Positions 20,177 to 30,179 of a stretch of DNA of 64,000 nucleotides are shown here, in pieces. Under the pieces are notes generated by a model. That model searched no databases. It was not told the origin of the DNA and saw only the letters and a list, made by a program, of their open reading frames with translations. The position numbers were made by a program, and so were the translations under genes. The stretch's first letter is position 1; each line of letters begins with the position of its first letter. This DNA comes from an uncultured Actinomycetes bacterium (lineage in GTDB: Bacteria; Actinomycetota; UBA4738; HRBIN12), in the NCBI GenBank assembly GCA_963758715.1, contig CAVWWK010000006.1, positions 72,597-136,596 of the forward strand, given 5' to 3'.

Positions 20177-20966
20177 TCAGTAGCCGGCGGTGACGCCCCA
20201 CTCCACCGGCAGGCAGACGCCGGTGATGGGCGCCGACTCGGGGGACGCGAGGAACGTGACGACGGCGGCGATCTCGTCCGGTTGGATGAAGCGCGCTCGC
20301 TCACCCTGGGGGAGCGTGGCCTTCAACGACGCCAGGTATCCGGCCTCGTCCCCGCCGCCGAAATCCCGCGCCTGCCCCGCGAGCATCGGCGTGTCCACGT
20401 CGGCCGGGCACACGCTGTTGACGCGGACACCGTGCGGCGCGAGCTCCAACGCCAGCGACCGCACGATGCCGTTGACGCCGAACTTCGATGCGTTGTAGAT
20501 CGCGGCGCCGGGCCCCCCGACCAAGCCGTAGTCGCTCGAGATGGCGACGATGCATCCCTGCGTCCGCGATGAGCGGCGGGATCGCGTAACGACAGGCGAA
20601 GAACGTGCCCTTCAGGTTCACGTCGATCGTGCGGTCCCACTGTTCCTCGGTCATCTCCGCGCTGAGGCCCTCGACCCAAATCCCTGCAGCACAGACCATC
20701 ACGTCGAGCCGACCGTGAATCTCCAGCGTTCGGGTGACCATGCCTTCACATGCCTGCACCCGGGTGACGTCCACGTCTAAGGTGTCGACGTCCGGAAGCT
20801 CAGCCTCCGCGCCGTGCAACATGTCCTTCGAGCGGTCGGCGAGAACCACCTGGTCGCCCTGCGCGAGGAACCGGGCAGCGATGGCCCGGCCCATGCCGCC
20901 ACCACCTCCGGTGATCAACACCACGCGAGACGCCTCGTCCGGCTCGACCCCGTCGCTTCCCGTCAT
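20177..20966 (-). CDS. Short-chain dehydrogenase/reductase (SDR), with one frame break near 20550
   Basis: N-terminal part: MTGSDGVEPDEASRVVLITGGGGGMGRAIAARFLAQGDQVVLADR...NLKGTFFACRYAIPPLIADAG (inside track ORF 20301..22034). It then shifts to CIVAISSDYGLVGGPGAAIYNASKFGVNGIVRSLALELAPHGVRVNSVCP (track 20177..20524). Its ATG overlaps the upstream stop (ATGA). Confidence 0.8.
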
Positions 20967-21919
20967 GGGTCTTCGACCGCCGGGAAGACCTGTTCGGCCA
21001 GGACCTCCAACATCTCGAGGTCGTCGAACAGCTCGTGGTTCAGGAAGATCCGCTGTACGCCCGCCCGCGCGTACTCGGTGAGTCGCTCGGCTGCCTGCTC
21101 GGCCGAGCCCACGACACACGTCGCTCGAAGCTCCTCGAGCTCGTCCTCGAACCTGCCTGCTCGCATCGCTCGTTCGCGTGCCGCCCGGATCCGCGCCATC
21201 GCGTCGGCCTCCGTGGATCCGACGTAGCACCACGTCATCACCGACGCGGTGAGCGTGCCTTGATCGCGACCGTCGGCGTCGAGCCGATCGCGGACCCGTC
21301 CGATGCGCTCGCCGGCCTCGGCGGGGCCCACCCCGACGGTGTCGAACTCGTCCGCCCAACGTGAGACCAGTCTGGCCAACCTGGGCCCGCCGTCGCCGCC
21401 GACGATGATCGGCGGATGTGGTCGCTGCAGGCCCTTGGGTGCGAACGGCGCTCCTTCCACGCGGTAGTGGCGCCCCTCGAAGCGCACCTCGTTCTCGGTC
21501 ATGAGCCGATGCACGACCTCCAGCTGCTCCTCGAGCATCTCGAACCGCACACCCGCCGGCGGGAACGGGAACCCGTGCGAGACGTGCTCCTCCTCCCACC
21601 AGCCCGCGCCCATGCCCACCTCGACGCGGCCGTTGCTGATCCGGTCGACCGTCACCGCGCACTTGGCGAGCACGGCGGGGAGACGGAACGTCACCGGCGA
21701 CACGAGCGTCCCCAGGCGGATCGTGGAGGTCATGGCGGCGATGCCGGCAAGGTTCGTCCATGCGTCGGAGGAGCCACGGTCGCGATCGCCCATCACGCTG
21801 AAGTAGTGGTCCGACGTGAAGATCGCCTCGAAGCCGAGCCTCTCGGCCGCCTGAGCGGCGGCGACCCACTCGGGCCAGGTCACACCCTCTTGTCCCTCGA
21901 GCATCAGGCAGAACCGCAT
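20963..21919 (-). CDS. LLM-class (luciferase-like) F420/flavin-dependent oxidoreductase
   Basis: An inner ATG at 21919 gives MRFCLMLEGQEGVTWPEWVAAAQAAERLGFEAIFTSDHYF...RVEVGMGAGWWEEEHVSHGFPFP.... The upstream part of the 496-aa track ORF is Arg-rich junk overlapping cwlM. Confidence 0.8.
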   Translation of the reverse strand: MRFCLMLEGQEGVTWPEWVAAAQAAERLGFEAIFTSDHYFSVMGDRDRGSSDAWTNLAGIAAMTSTIRLGTLVSPVTFRLPAVLAKCAVTVDRISNGRVEVGMGAGWWEEEHVSHGFPFPPAGVRFEMLEEQLEVVHRLMTENEVRFEGRHYRVEGAPFAPKGLQRPHPPIIVGGDGGPRLARLVSRWADEFDTVGVGPAEAGERIGRVRDRLDADGRDQGTLTASVMTWCYVGSTEADAMARIRAARERAMRAGRFEDELEELRATCVVGSAEQAAERLTEYARAGVQRIFLNHELFDDLEMLEVLAEQVFPAVEDP

Positions 21920-22128
21920 GGGCGCGTAGCTTAGCGACCGAGCGACGAGCTCTACCGAGGGGATGGGATCCAGCGGGTAGCCTCTGGCCATGCCTGAGAC
22001 CCCGTCCATGCCCGAGACCCGTCCCTGCCGGCAAAGCCCTCGGAGGGCGATCGGGCTCTCCACGCGTCCACGCTGGGGGCGTTGCTCGGCGTCGTGCTGG
22101 CCCTGCTCGCCCGCCGCCGCACTCGTTC

Positions 22129-23157
22129 CTAGCCGCGGAAGAATCGCCGCACGCCGGTAGCGACGGCGCGGCCGACGCGATCGGCGAACGCGGGATCGGC
22201 GAGCAACGCCGCCTCGACCGCGTTCGTCGCGAAGACGGGTTCGACCTGGACGGCCGGCATGCGGGTCTCGCGCAACATCGCGCCGGTGAGCCGTTGCAGC
22301 CGACCGCGCACGCCGAGGTCGGCCTCGAGCTCCTCCAGGATCAGCTGTGCGAGCAGCATGCCGGCCGGTGAGTGCGTCGAGGCGCTGCCGAAGTAGGAGC
22401 AGGTAGGGCCCGAGGCCTCGGGCAATCCCGACGCCAGGTGGAGTGACACGCACATCGCGGCCCCGAGCTCGTTCGCCTCCCTAGCCCGGTCACCTGGCAT
22501 CGAAGAGTCGCTACCTTCCACGATCGCCGGCTTGGCGCCGGCGCCCGCCAGCTCCGACACCACCGCTCGAGCCATGGCGCGGGTCACGACGTCGTCCGGT
22601 TCGTCAGTCGGGGGTCCTGCGTCGATCGCGATCACCTGACCCTCGATGGCCGACTGCATCTGCCGAAGCTCCTCCTGCTCGCGGACAAGCGCGCGAGAGG
22701 TGCCGGATTCCTGCGGACGCATGCGATCGAGGGTTCCCAGAGCAAGCAGGCCGACGATGCCGTCTGGCTCCTCGCCGACGTTGCGCTGGAACTCCCGGAA
22801 CGCCCGCTCGCAGTTGGGGCCGAACAGCCCGTCTTCACGACCGGCGTCGAACCCCAACGCGTTCAGCTTGCGTTGCAGCTCGCGGACGTCGTCGCCCCCG
22901 AACATGGGGGAGTGGAGGTAGAGGGTGCGATCGCCGAGCCGGTAGCCGGCCTCCACCAGCTGGCCCCATGTGTCCGGCCCCACGAGCCCGTCGACGCGAA
23001 GCAGTCGGCGCGCCTGGAAGTCGCGCACGGCCCGATCCGTGGACGGCCCGAAACGCCCGCCGCGCTCTGCCTGGTCGATCCCGCCGCCGAGCGCGACGAG
23101 CCGTTCCTGGATGTCGCCGACCTCAGGGCCCGAGTCGCCGAGTCGGAAGATGCGCAC
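22129..23157 (-). CDS. cwlM: CwlM-like protein: two peptidoglycan-binding domains plus an amidase_3 domain
   Basis: MRIFRLGDSGPEVGDIQERLVALG...RAVRDFQARRLLRVDGLVGPDTWGQLVEAG; a second PG-binding repeat DDVRELQRKLNALGF...FQRNVGEEPDGIVG; then an amidase_3-like C-terminus. Its position next to trxA-trxB matches Rv3915. Confidence 0.85.
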   Translation of the reverse strand: MRIFRLGDSGPEVGDIQERLVALGGGIDQAERGGRFGPSTDRAVRDFQARRLLRVDGLVGPDTWGQLVEAGYRLGDRTLYLHSPMFGGDDVRELQRKLNALGFDAGREDGLFGPNCERAFREFQRNVGEEPDGIVGLLALGTLDRMRPQESGTSRALVREQEELRQMQSAIEGQVIAIDAGPPTDEPDDVVTRAMARAVVSELAGAGAKPAIVEGSDSSMPGDRAREANELGAAMCVSLHLASGLPEASGPTCSYFGSASTHSPAGMLLAQLILEELEADLGVRGRLQRLTGAMLRETRMPAVQVEPVFATNAVEAALLADPAFADRVGRAVATGVRRFFRG

Positions 23158-23211
23158 GCCGCAAGTCTGCGGGCAGGACCACCGCTCGGCAAACGCTGGC
23201 CGAGGTCCTCC

Positions 23212-23538
23212 TCAGGCCAGGTGTGGCGCGATATCGCGCAGGATCGCGTCCTTCGGCCGGGCGCCGGTGACCCGGGCGACTTCCTTGCCTTCCTTGAACA
23301 GGATCAGCGAGGGGATGCTCATGACGCCGTACGTACGGGTGGCGTTCGGGTTCTCGTCGATGTTGAGCTTGACGACCTTCAGGTCCTCGCCCTTCTCCTG
23401 ACCGATCTCTTCCACGACTGGCGAGACCATGTGGCACGGCACGCACCAGTCGGCCCAGAAGTCGACGAGCACGGGGGTCTGGGAGTCCAGGACAGAGGTC
23501 TGGAACTCCGCATCGTTCACGGTTCCGAGGTTCGACAT
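23212..23538 (-). CDS. trxA: Thioredoxin with a variant WCVPC active site
   Basis: MSNLGTVNDAEFQTSVLDSQTPVLVDFWADWCVPCHMVSPVVEE...YGVMSIPSLILFKEG. SD AAGGAG lies 9 nt upstream. Confidence 0.93.
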   Translation of the reverse strand: MSNLGTVNDAEFQTSVLDSQTPVLVDFWADWCVPCHMVSPVVEEIGQEKGEDLKVVKLNIDENPNATRTYGVMSIPSLILFKEGKEVARVTGARPKDAILRDIAPHLA

Positions 23539-23620
23539 GCGGGACGTTCTCCTTGTTCGCTCGGTGTGTTCGGGTTCGTCTCGCTTAGCAACGCCCCGCG
23601 ACCACCTGGGATTCCCGACC

Positions 23621-24574
23621 TCACGACGCGGATGCTGCCGCGGCGACGTGTGCCTTCGCTTCCAGGTAGCGCTCGGCGTCCATCGCGGCCTTGCACCCCT
23701 GCCCGGCGGCGGTCACGGCCTGCTTGTAGATCGTGTCGGTCACGTCGCCCGCCGCGAACACGCCCTCGACGCTGGTCATCGTGCGCGGTTCCTGCACCAG
23801 GATGTAGCCGTTCTCGTCCAGATCCAACTGACCCGTGAACAGCGACGTGTTGGGCGTGTGTCCGATCGCCATGAAGACGCCCTCGGTCGGGAGGTCTCGC
23901 TCCTCACCGGTGACCGTGTCGCGAAGCCGCACGCCGGTGACCGCGTCCTGCCCGTAGATCTCGTCGATCGTCGCGTGCCAGATCACCTCGATCTTCGGGT
24001 TGGAAAGCGCCCGATCCTGCATGATCTTCGAGGCCCGGAACTCGTCGCGTCGGTGCACGAGCGTGACCTTCGAGGCGAACTTCGTCAGGAACGTCGCCTC
24101 CTCCATGGCGGAGTCGCCGCCGCCCACGACCACCAGCTCACGATCTTTGAAGAAGAAGCCGTCGCAGGTAGCGCACGCGCTGACGCCGCGCCCTCGGAGG
24201 AGCTGCTCTCCGGGGACGTCCAACCACTTCGCGCTCGCGCCGGTGGACACCACGATGGTCTCGGAGCCCCACACCTGATCTCCGGCCTTGACGGTGAAGG
24301 GGCGGGCCGACAGGTCGACCTCGGTGACGTGGACGGGCAGGACCTCGGCCCCGAACCGGGCGGCTTGCTTCTCGAACCGCTCCATGAGCTCGGGTCCCAT
24401 GAGGCCGTCGACGAACCCCGGGTAGTTCTCGACGTCGGTGGTGAGCATGAGCTGCCCGCCGGCCTCGAGGCCCTTGAGCACGAGCGGGGACAGGTTGGCG
24501 CGAGCGGCGTAGAGGGCGGCGGTGTAGCCCGCCGGTCCCGATCCGATCACGATCACGCTGTGCTCGTCGCCCAT
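23621..24574 (-). CDS. trxB: Thioredoxin-disulfide reductase
   Basis: ...[23 protein letters not shown]...[13 protein letters not shown]...[16 protein letters not shown]...FAAGDV. I prefer ATG 24574 (GGGAGGA 9 nt upstream); the track ORF starts at 24613. Confidence 0.93.
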   Translation of the reverse strand: MGDEHSVIVIGSGPAGYTAALYAARANLSPLVLKGLEAGGQLMLTTDVENYPGFVDGLMGPELMERFEKQAARFGAEVLPVHVTEVDLSARPFTVKAGDQVWGSETIVVSTGASAKWLDVPGEQLLRGRGVSACATCDGFFFKDRELVVVGGGDSAMEEATFLTKFASKVTLVHRRDEFRASKIMQDRALSNPKIEVIWHATIDEIYGQDAVTGVRLRDTVTGEERDLPTEGVFMAIGHTPNTSLFTGQLDLDENGYILVQEPRTMTSVEGVFAAGDVTDTIYKQAVTAAGQGCKAAMDAERYLEAKAHVAAAASAS

Positions 24575-24637
24575 GGCGTCCAATCCTCCCACAGCGTCAG
24601 AACGCCCGGCCATCTCCGTGTGTTCCTGGGCACGGGA

Positions 24638-25399
24638 TCACAGACGAGCCGCGGTCAGCGACAGGACCGAGCACGCACGCCGGTCCGCCACCCAGATGGA
24701 GAGCGTGTCGGGTGCCTGTCCCGCCCCCGGGCCTTCCACCACGTAGGCCAGGTAGGCGGGCGTGCCCTGGAACGCAGCCTGCACGAGCCGGATCGGTCGT
24801 CCCGGGTGCCCGGCGAACGCCGTCCGAAGGCACTGGAGCGCCTGGGACGTTCGCGATCTGTCCGCGAGCCGAACGGATGGCGGTGGCGAGGCGAAGAGGG
24901 CATCGCCCGCGATCTCGCCTGCCCCCTGGGCCGCTCCGCGTCGAGCCGCGAAGTCGCTGGCCTCGTCCTGCAACGCAGCGCTGTCGAAGTCGGTGTCGAC
25001 CACCTCCAGGCGCAGGTCCTTCGGCGGGTCGATCGCGGCCTCGCTGTCGGCGGGGCCCGCGGCCGAGGATGCGTCGTCGGCGCTCCCCCCGATGCGAGGC
25101 AGGGTGATCGCGAGGAGCCCCACGATTGCTGCCGCGGCAGCGAACGGCACCACCTTCGTCCAGCGGGGCTGCCCCGAGCGCGGTGTCGCCTTCGCCCATT
25201 CCTTCATGGCGGGGCCACCGAGGTCCGAGGGGACGACGACGTCGGGCATCTCCCGAAGGTGGCGGCGCGCCCCCATGGCCTGAGCGACCTCTGCGCGGCA
25301 GCGGTCGCATGCGGACAGATGCTCGTCGACGGCCATGCGCTCGGAGGATGTGAGCGAGGCGTCGACGTAGGCGGCCAGGACTTCGACAGGATGGTTCAC
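24638..25399 (-). CDS. Anti-sigma factor (zf-HC2 type, single TM) paired with the upstream ECF sigma
   Basis: GTG 25399 overlaps the sigma stop (GTGA). VNHPVEVLAAYVDASLTSSERMAVDEHLSACDRCRAEV has the H-x3-C-x2-C motif. TM segment: VVPFAAAAAIVGLLAITL. Confidence 0.75.
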   Translation of the reverse strand: MNHPVEVLAAYVDASLTSSERMAVDEHLSACDRCRAEVAQAMGARRHLREMPDVVVPSDLGGPAMKEWAKATPRSGQPRWTKVVPFAAAAAIVGLLAITLPRIGGSADDASSAAGPADSEAAIDPPKDLRLEVVDTDFDSAALQDEASDFAARRGAAQGAGEIAGDALFASPPPSVRLADRSRTSQALQCLRTAFAGHPGRPIRLVQAAFQGTPAYLAYVVEGPGAGQAPDTLSIWVADRRACSVLSLTAARL

Positions 25400-26013
25400 G
25401 ACTGTCCCTCCGACGTTCGGCCGGCCCTGCCCGGTTCCCCGGAGTCCCGTTCCTCGGAGCTCCGTTCGATGCCCAGGGCCTTCGCCAGGGCGATCCGGCC
25501 TCGATGCACCCTGGACTTCACGGTCCCCACAGGCACGTCCAGGATCTTGGCGATCTCCTCGTACGGCTGGTCCTGCACGTCGGCCAGGACCAGCACGATG
25601 CGGTAGTCCTCGGGGATCGCTGCGAGCGCGTGAGCGACATCCATCGACCCGGCGACCTCGTCGGCGTGGTCGAGCGCTGCCGGGCCGATGTCGCGCTGCG
25701 GGGACTCGTCGGAATCCACCCCTCGGAGCATGGGACGTCGCTTCTTGCCCCGCAGCGAGTCGTAGCACGCGTTCACGCCGATCCTGTGGAGCCAGGTGGA
25801 GAACGCGGCGTCGCCACGGAACTGCTCGAGCTTGCGCACCGCGGTCAAGAAGGTGTCCTGAGCGGCGTCGTGCGCGTCGTCGGGGTTGCCCAGGATCCGC
25901 AGGCACAGACGGTAGATCCGCACCTGATGTCGTTCGATGAGCTCGCCGAAGGCTCCCTGGTTCCCCTGGAGCGCTCGACGGACGAGCTCCTCGTCGCCGA
26001 CCGGGTCGCTCAC
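25396..26013 (-). CDS. ECF sigma factor (SigM position by synteny)
   Basis: ...LIERHQVRIYRLCLRILGNPDDAHDAAQDTFLTAVRKLEQFRGDAAFSTWLHRIGVNACYD...PEDYRIVLVLADVQDQPYEEIAKILDVPVGTVKSRVHRGR. Confidence 0.88.
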   Translation of the reverse strand: MSDPVGDEELVRRALQGNQGAFGELIERHQVRIYRLCLRILGNPDDAHDAAQDTFLTAVRKLEQFRGDAAFSTWLHRIGVNACYDSLRGKKRRPMLRGVDSDESPQRDIGPAALDHADEVAGSMDVAHALAAIPEDYRIVLVLADVQDQPYEEIAKILDVPVGTVKSRVHRGRIALAKALGIERSSEERDSGEPGRAGRTSEGQS

Positions 26014-26023
26014 GTTCGGAACG

Positions 26024-26440
26024 CTACACGTCCGACGGGCCGTTGGTCTCCGATCGCACGACTGCGGCGTAGTGCTTGGTTGCGTCGAGCCGGCCGACCA
26101 GGAACGTCTCGGCGGTCGTGCGCAGGGTGATCGTCACCCTTCCCGTCTCCGTGTCGGCGAGGCAGAAGTTCTTGCCCAACCGCAGATCGGGTTGGAGGGC
26201 CGCGATCGTGATCGCCGCCGCCTGGCAAGCATCGTCGACGTCGCGCCGGATCCGAAACTGCACGACGCCGTCCCCGGCCGCCTCGACTGCGACGTCCGAG
26301 AGCCGGTACTGGGTCAGGGCGATCGAGACCGCGTCGGCCGCGAACACGCCGATCAAGGCCAGCAGCAGCAGCCACACCAGCACGAACTTGCCGACCAGGC
26401 CTCGCTGGTCCCTATGGATCCTGACCAAGGTGTTCATCAC
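26024..26440 (-). CDS. Small membrane protein with a TadE/TadG-like N-terminal segment
   Basis: 138 aa, strongly GC3-biased. RDQRGLVGKFVLVWLLLLALIGVFAADAVSIALTQYRLSDVA resembles the N-terminal TM motif of Flp-pilus TadE/G-like proteins. Its ATG overlaps the murJ stop. Confidence 0.55.
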   Translation of the reverse strand: MMNTLVRIHRDQRGLVGKFVLVWLLLLALIGVFAADAVSIALTQYRLSDVAVEAAGDGVVQFRIRRDVDDACQAAAITIAALQPDLRLGKNFCLADTETGRVTITLRTTAETFLVGRLDATKHYAAVVRSETNGPSDV

Positions 26441-28083
26441 CCGCGGAACCTCCTGAGCACCGCGCCCTTGACCTCATCGACCTCTTCGATGCGCAACATG
26501 AGCGCCGCCGCGATGTACGCGCCCAGGCCCGTGACCGTGGCGGCGCCCACCTGCAGGAACCTCCCGAGCACCTGCTGGGTGTCGACGACCGACCCGATCC
26601 AGGTAGCCACCGCCCAGGCCACGCCCCCCGTGACCGCCGCGGCAGGGATCACGCGCGCGATCGTCCCCCAGATGCGGCGCCCCTCCAAGGACCCGAGGCG
26701 GGGCCGGATCAACGCGAGGGCCACCGTCGTCGCGAACACGTAGGACAGGGCGTGCCCCAAGGCGAGCCCGGGCACGTCCCAGCCCAATCCCCGAGCGAAG
26801 GCGACGTCGGCCACGATCGTGACCGCCGCAGCCCCCAGGTTGATCAGCGCCGGGGTCCGGCTGTCCTGCATCGCATAGAAGGTGCGCGTCAGCAGTTGGA
26901 ACACCGAGAAGAACGGAAGCCCCAGGGCGAACGCTTGCAGGGTCCTGGCGATGAGCGCGACGTCGGCCGGACCTGCCTCGCCGTACTCCAGCAGCGCCCT
27001 GACGATCGGGCCGGCGATGACGAGGAAGGCGAAGGCGGCGGGGACGATGACGACCGCCGTGTCGCGGATGCCGCGCGACAGCAGCTCGACCACCCCTTGC
27101 GGTTGCCCCGACGCCCACTGAGAGGACATCCCCGGCAGCAGCGCGGTGAAGATCGAGACCCCGAAGATCGCATGCGGCAGGGAGAAGATGATGAACGCGG
27201 TGGCGTAGGTCTGGAACCTCCCATCGCCGATGCCGCCGGCGAGGATGTTGATGACCAGGTAGGCGACCTGGTTCGCCAAGACGTAGACGACGACCCAGAC
27301 CGAGAGCTTGCCCAGCCGCCGCACGGCCGGGTGGTTCCAGCCGCCGGTGAGCTTCCACCGGAAGCCGAGCGAACGCAGGGACGGCCAGAGGGCGACGGTC
27401 ATCGCCACCACACCCAGGGTGGTGCCGGCGCCCAGGATCACCTTCTCGAGCTGACTGATCTCGCTCACCGAGGGTGCCGCCGAGCCACGCACGACGGCGT
27501 AGCCCACGAACGCGGCGATCGCCACGAGGTTGTTGAGCACCGGAGCGAACATGGGCGCGGCGAACCGCCGCTCAGCGTTCAGCAATCCGCTCGCGACCGC
27601 GCCGATGCCGTAGAAGACGATCTGCGGCATGAACCAGCGCAACAGGTACGCGCCAAGCTCGACCTGTTGCTGCCGGTCGGGAGCATGCGAGAAGACCAGG
27701 TACAGCTGCATGATCTGCGGTGCGAAGACCATGCCGACCACGGTCACCGCCGACAGGACGACCAACGCCAGCGTCAGGACCCGCCGCCCGACGTCCCACG
27801 CTTCTTCTCGTCCGTGCTTCTGACGCCATTCGACGAACACCGGCACGAAGATGGACGTGAGGATCCCGCCCAGGATCAGCTCGTAGACGATGTTCGGAGT
27901 GGTGTTGGCTCGCGTGAACGTGTCGCCCAGAGACCCGACCAGGACACCCAGTGCCGCCGTCTGCGCCGCGATGCGAAGGTACCCGGTGATCCTCGACAGC
28001 GTGGTGCCCACGGTCATGACCGCCGTGTTGCGAGCGTAGGTCGCCCGTGAGTCTTCTTCCGGCAGCTCGGCCGGCGGCGGCAT
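26437..28083 (-). CDS. murJ: Lipid II flippase MurJ (MviN)
   Basis: ...ARNTAVMTVGTTLSRITGYLRIAAQTAALG...NTTPNIVYELILGGILTSIFVPVF... multi-TM. I prefer ATG 28083, which shares one base with the upstream stop (TGATG); the track ORF starts at 28119. Confidence 0.9.
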   Translation of the reverse strand: MPPPAELPEEDSRATYARNTAVMTVGTTLSRITGYLRIAAQTAALGVLVGSLGDTFTRANTTPNIVYELILGGILTSIFVPVFVEWRQKHGREEAWDVGRRVLTLALVVLSAVTVVGMVFAPQIMQLYLVFSHAPDRQQQVELGAYLLRWFMPQIVFYGIGAVASGLLNAERRFAAPMFAPVLNNLVAIAAFVGYAVVRGSAAPSVSEISQLEKVILGAGTTLGVVAMTVALWPSLRSLGFRWKLTGGWNHPAVRRLGKLSVWVVVYVLANQVAYLVINILAGGIGDGRFQTYATAFIIFSLPHAIFGVSIFTALLPGMSSQWASGQPQGVVELLSRGIRDTAVVIVPAAFAFLVIAGPIVRALLEYGEAGPADVALIARTLQAFALGLPFFSVFQLLTRTFYAMQDSRTPALINLGAAAVTIVADVAFARGLGWDVPGLALGHALSYVFATTVALALIRPRLGSLEGRRIWGTIARVIPAAAVTGGVAWAVATWIGSVVDTQQVLGRFLQVGAATVTGLGAYIAAALMLRIEEVDEVKGAVLRRFRG

Positions 28084-30149
28084 CAACGTTTCGGGCGTTT
28101 GATGTACCTCCTGGACCACAGGACGAGCAGGAACAACGCCGCCGCGCCCGTGATGACGACCGCGATCGTGTTGACCGCGGTTGTGCGCACCGCCAGGTTC
28201 GTCTCGTCCAGCGGGCGGCCCGACGGCGCCCGCGTTCGGACCTTGATCGTCTGCGCGCCGGCGGCCTTCGCCTGCACGTTGAACACCACGACCTGGTCGG
28301 GCTCCGTGAGCGTGACCACCCGCTCGTTCCCATCGGGGAAATCGAACCGGGAAGAGCGCAGCTGGATCTGCACGACGAGCGGCGTGTCACCCGGATCGCC
28401 CATGCGGAGCGGGACCTGACCCTCGGTGTCGGTCAACGTGAACGCCTGCGGTCCCACGGGAAGCACGCGCTGGAACACGTCGTCGGTGAACCCGTTGACC
28501 TGATCGATCCAGCGACGACCCGCGAGGTCGTCGTCTATGTACACGCCGGCCTCGGCGAACATCAGGTCGCGCAGGAGCCGGTCGGGCGTGGAGCTCGGAT
28601 CCATGAGCATCGAGCGGTACGCCTCGACGTCCTTGCGTTCGTCGTGGAGCTTCTGCACGTAGTCGAGCGGGAATCTGGCGAACGAGGGCGCCGCGAGCTC
28701 GGTCGCGGTCTGCAGGGGATAGACCTCCTCGACGAAGTCCTGCGCGTACGACGGTTCCAGGAACGCGGCCTCGGCGAGGCGGCGGGTGAGTGGGCCCCAC
28801 ACGGCGGGAGGGAGCGAAGAAGGCAACGCGACCGCGATCCCGCGAACCGTCTCGGCCCCGTCGGGCTGCGGAGCGGGGACGGGCTGCTCACGCCAGATAG
28901 TCGCGATCTCGCCCAGGACCGCCTGCGCCGCGCGCACCGGATCGGCCATCAGCACCGGATCGGCGAGCAGGGCCTGAACCCCGGGGTCGGGGAGCACGAG
29001 GTCGATCGTGCTCGGGGGCTCCAGGGTCAGGGCGGCGGCGGGCAACGGTGCGAAGTCGTTCAGCTGCGCGGCCCGCTCGACCGCGTCGGCGTTCGCCAGG
29101 ACGGCGGCGACCCCGTGCGCGGCCAGATCGTCGATCGTCGCGTCGTCGATCGCACCCGCGGGGGGCCTGGCGACCGATGCCGCGGGTGCTCGGCCGAGCG
29201 CCGCCTCCACCACATCGTCGCCGAGGGCGCGTTGCGCGGCGAGGTCCTGCTCGAGCCCACCCGACACCATGGCGGGGAGCAGGGGGCCAGAGAAGGGCAG
29301 TGCGGAGATCTGCGGACCTCCTCGTGCCTGCGCGACCTGGCGGAAGGTCTTCAGGACCGCCGCGGCCTGGGTCGCGGGCGGGGCGTCGGCCTCGACGACG
29401 GTGCCGTCCGCGCGCTCGTAGCCGCCGGCCATCCGAGCCAACTGTTCGAAGAGGGAAGGCTCCACGACCAGATCGACGGCGGAGCTGAGATCGGCGTCCT
29501 CGACCATGCGGACGAGCGCGGCGACTTGGGATCCGAGCGCGCCTCCAGGGGTGACGGCCGCCTCCAACGCGGGATCGTCGAGCCGGCCGTCCGGTCCGAA
29601 TGCGATCGGACCGGTCGCCTCGATCCACCACGCGAGCCGCAGTGGGCGTTCGGGCGGTCTCACCATGTGGATCAGCGGCGTGTTCAGGGCGACGATCGGC
29701 ACGTCGGAAGAGCGCAGGTCGACCTGTGCGGGGTAGACCGCGGAATCGATCGCCGCCCCGATCTGGGGGACGTCCTCCTTGAGGTTGAGGCGGATCGTGA
29801 AGTCCCGTCGTTGACCCGGCTCCAGGGACTCGGTCTGCGGGTCGGAGCTGGCGTAGATCGGCGCCGTTCCCGGACCGTCCGTCAGAGACTGTTCGTAGAG
29901 CACGCGGGAGATCACCCGCGGCCCGATCGTGATGCCGACCGACAGGTCCTCGATCGTCGTCTCGCCGTCGTTGGCCGCCCGGAAGACCAACTCGAGCTCC
30001 GGTTCCTGGTTCGTCGTGACCGGGGTCTGCGAGAGCAAGGTCAGCGTGACCACGGGCTCCTGTGCACGCAGCCCGGCCGAGGGGAGCAGGCACAGGGCTG
30101 CGATCAGGCTGAACGCGAGGGTTATGCGGAGCGCGCGATGGGTAGTCAT
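28083..30149 (-). CDS. Rv3909-like conserved secreted/anchored protein (DUF6049-type)
   Basis: 688 aa with signal peptide MTTHRALRITLAFSLIAALCLLPSAGLRAQ and C-terminal TM AVVITGAAALFLLVLWSRRYIKRPKR. Conserved position upstream of murJ. Confidence 0.75.
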   Translation of the reverse strand: MTTHRALRITLAFSLIAALCLLPSAGLRAQEPVVTLTLLSQTPVTTNQEPELELVFRAANDGETTIEDLSVGITIGPRVISRVLYEQSLTDGPGTAPIYASSDPQTESLEPGQRRDFTIRLNLKEDVPQIGAAIDSAVYPAQVDLRSSDVPIVALNTPLIHMVRPPERPLRLAWWIEATGPIAFGPDGRLDDPALEAAVTPGGALGSQVAALVRMVEDADLSSAVDLVVEPSLFEQLARMAGGYERADGTVVEADAPPATQAAAVLKTFRQVAQARGGPQISALPFSGPLLPAMVSGGLEQDLAAQRALGDDVVEAALGRAPAASVARPPAGAIDDATIDDLAAHGVAAVLANADAVERAAQLNDFAPLPAAALTLEPPSTIDLVLPDPGVQALLADPVLMADPVRAAQAVLGEIATIWREQPVPAPQPDGAETVRGIAVALPSSLPPAVWGPLTRRLAEAAFLEPSYAQDFVEEVYPLQTATELAAPSFARFPLDYVQKLHDERKDVEAYRSMLMDPSSTPDRLLRDLMFAEAGVYIDDDLAGRRWIDQVNGFTDDVFQRVLPVGPQAFTLTDTEGQVPLRMGDPGDTPLVVQIQLRSSRFDFPDGNERVVTLTEPDQVVVFNVQAKAAGAQTIKVRTRAPSGRPLDETNLAVRTTAVNTIAVVITGAAALFLLVLWSRRYIKRPKR

Positions 30150-30179
30150 GCCGACCGCGCCATCGTAGCGTTCGGCTCT

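Noticed and set aside
21920-22453. N-terminal 178 aa of the 496-aa track ORF 20963..22453
   Set aside because: It is an Arg-rich extension overlapping cwlM. LLM-family homology begins at MRFCLMLEG (ATG 21919).
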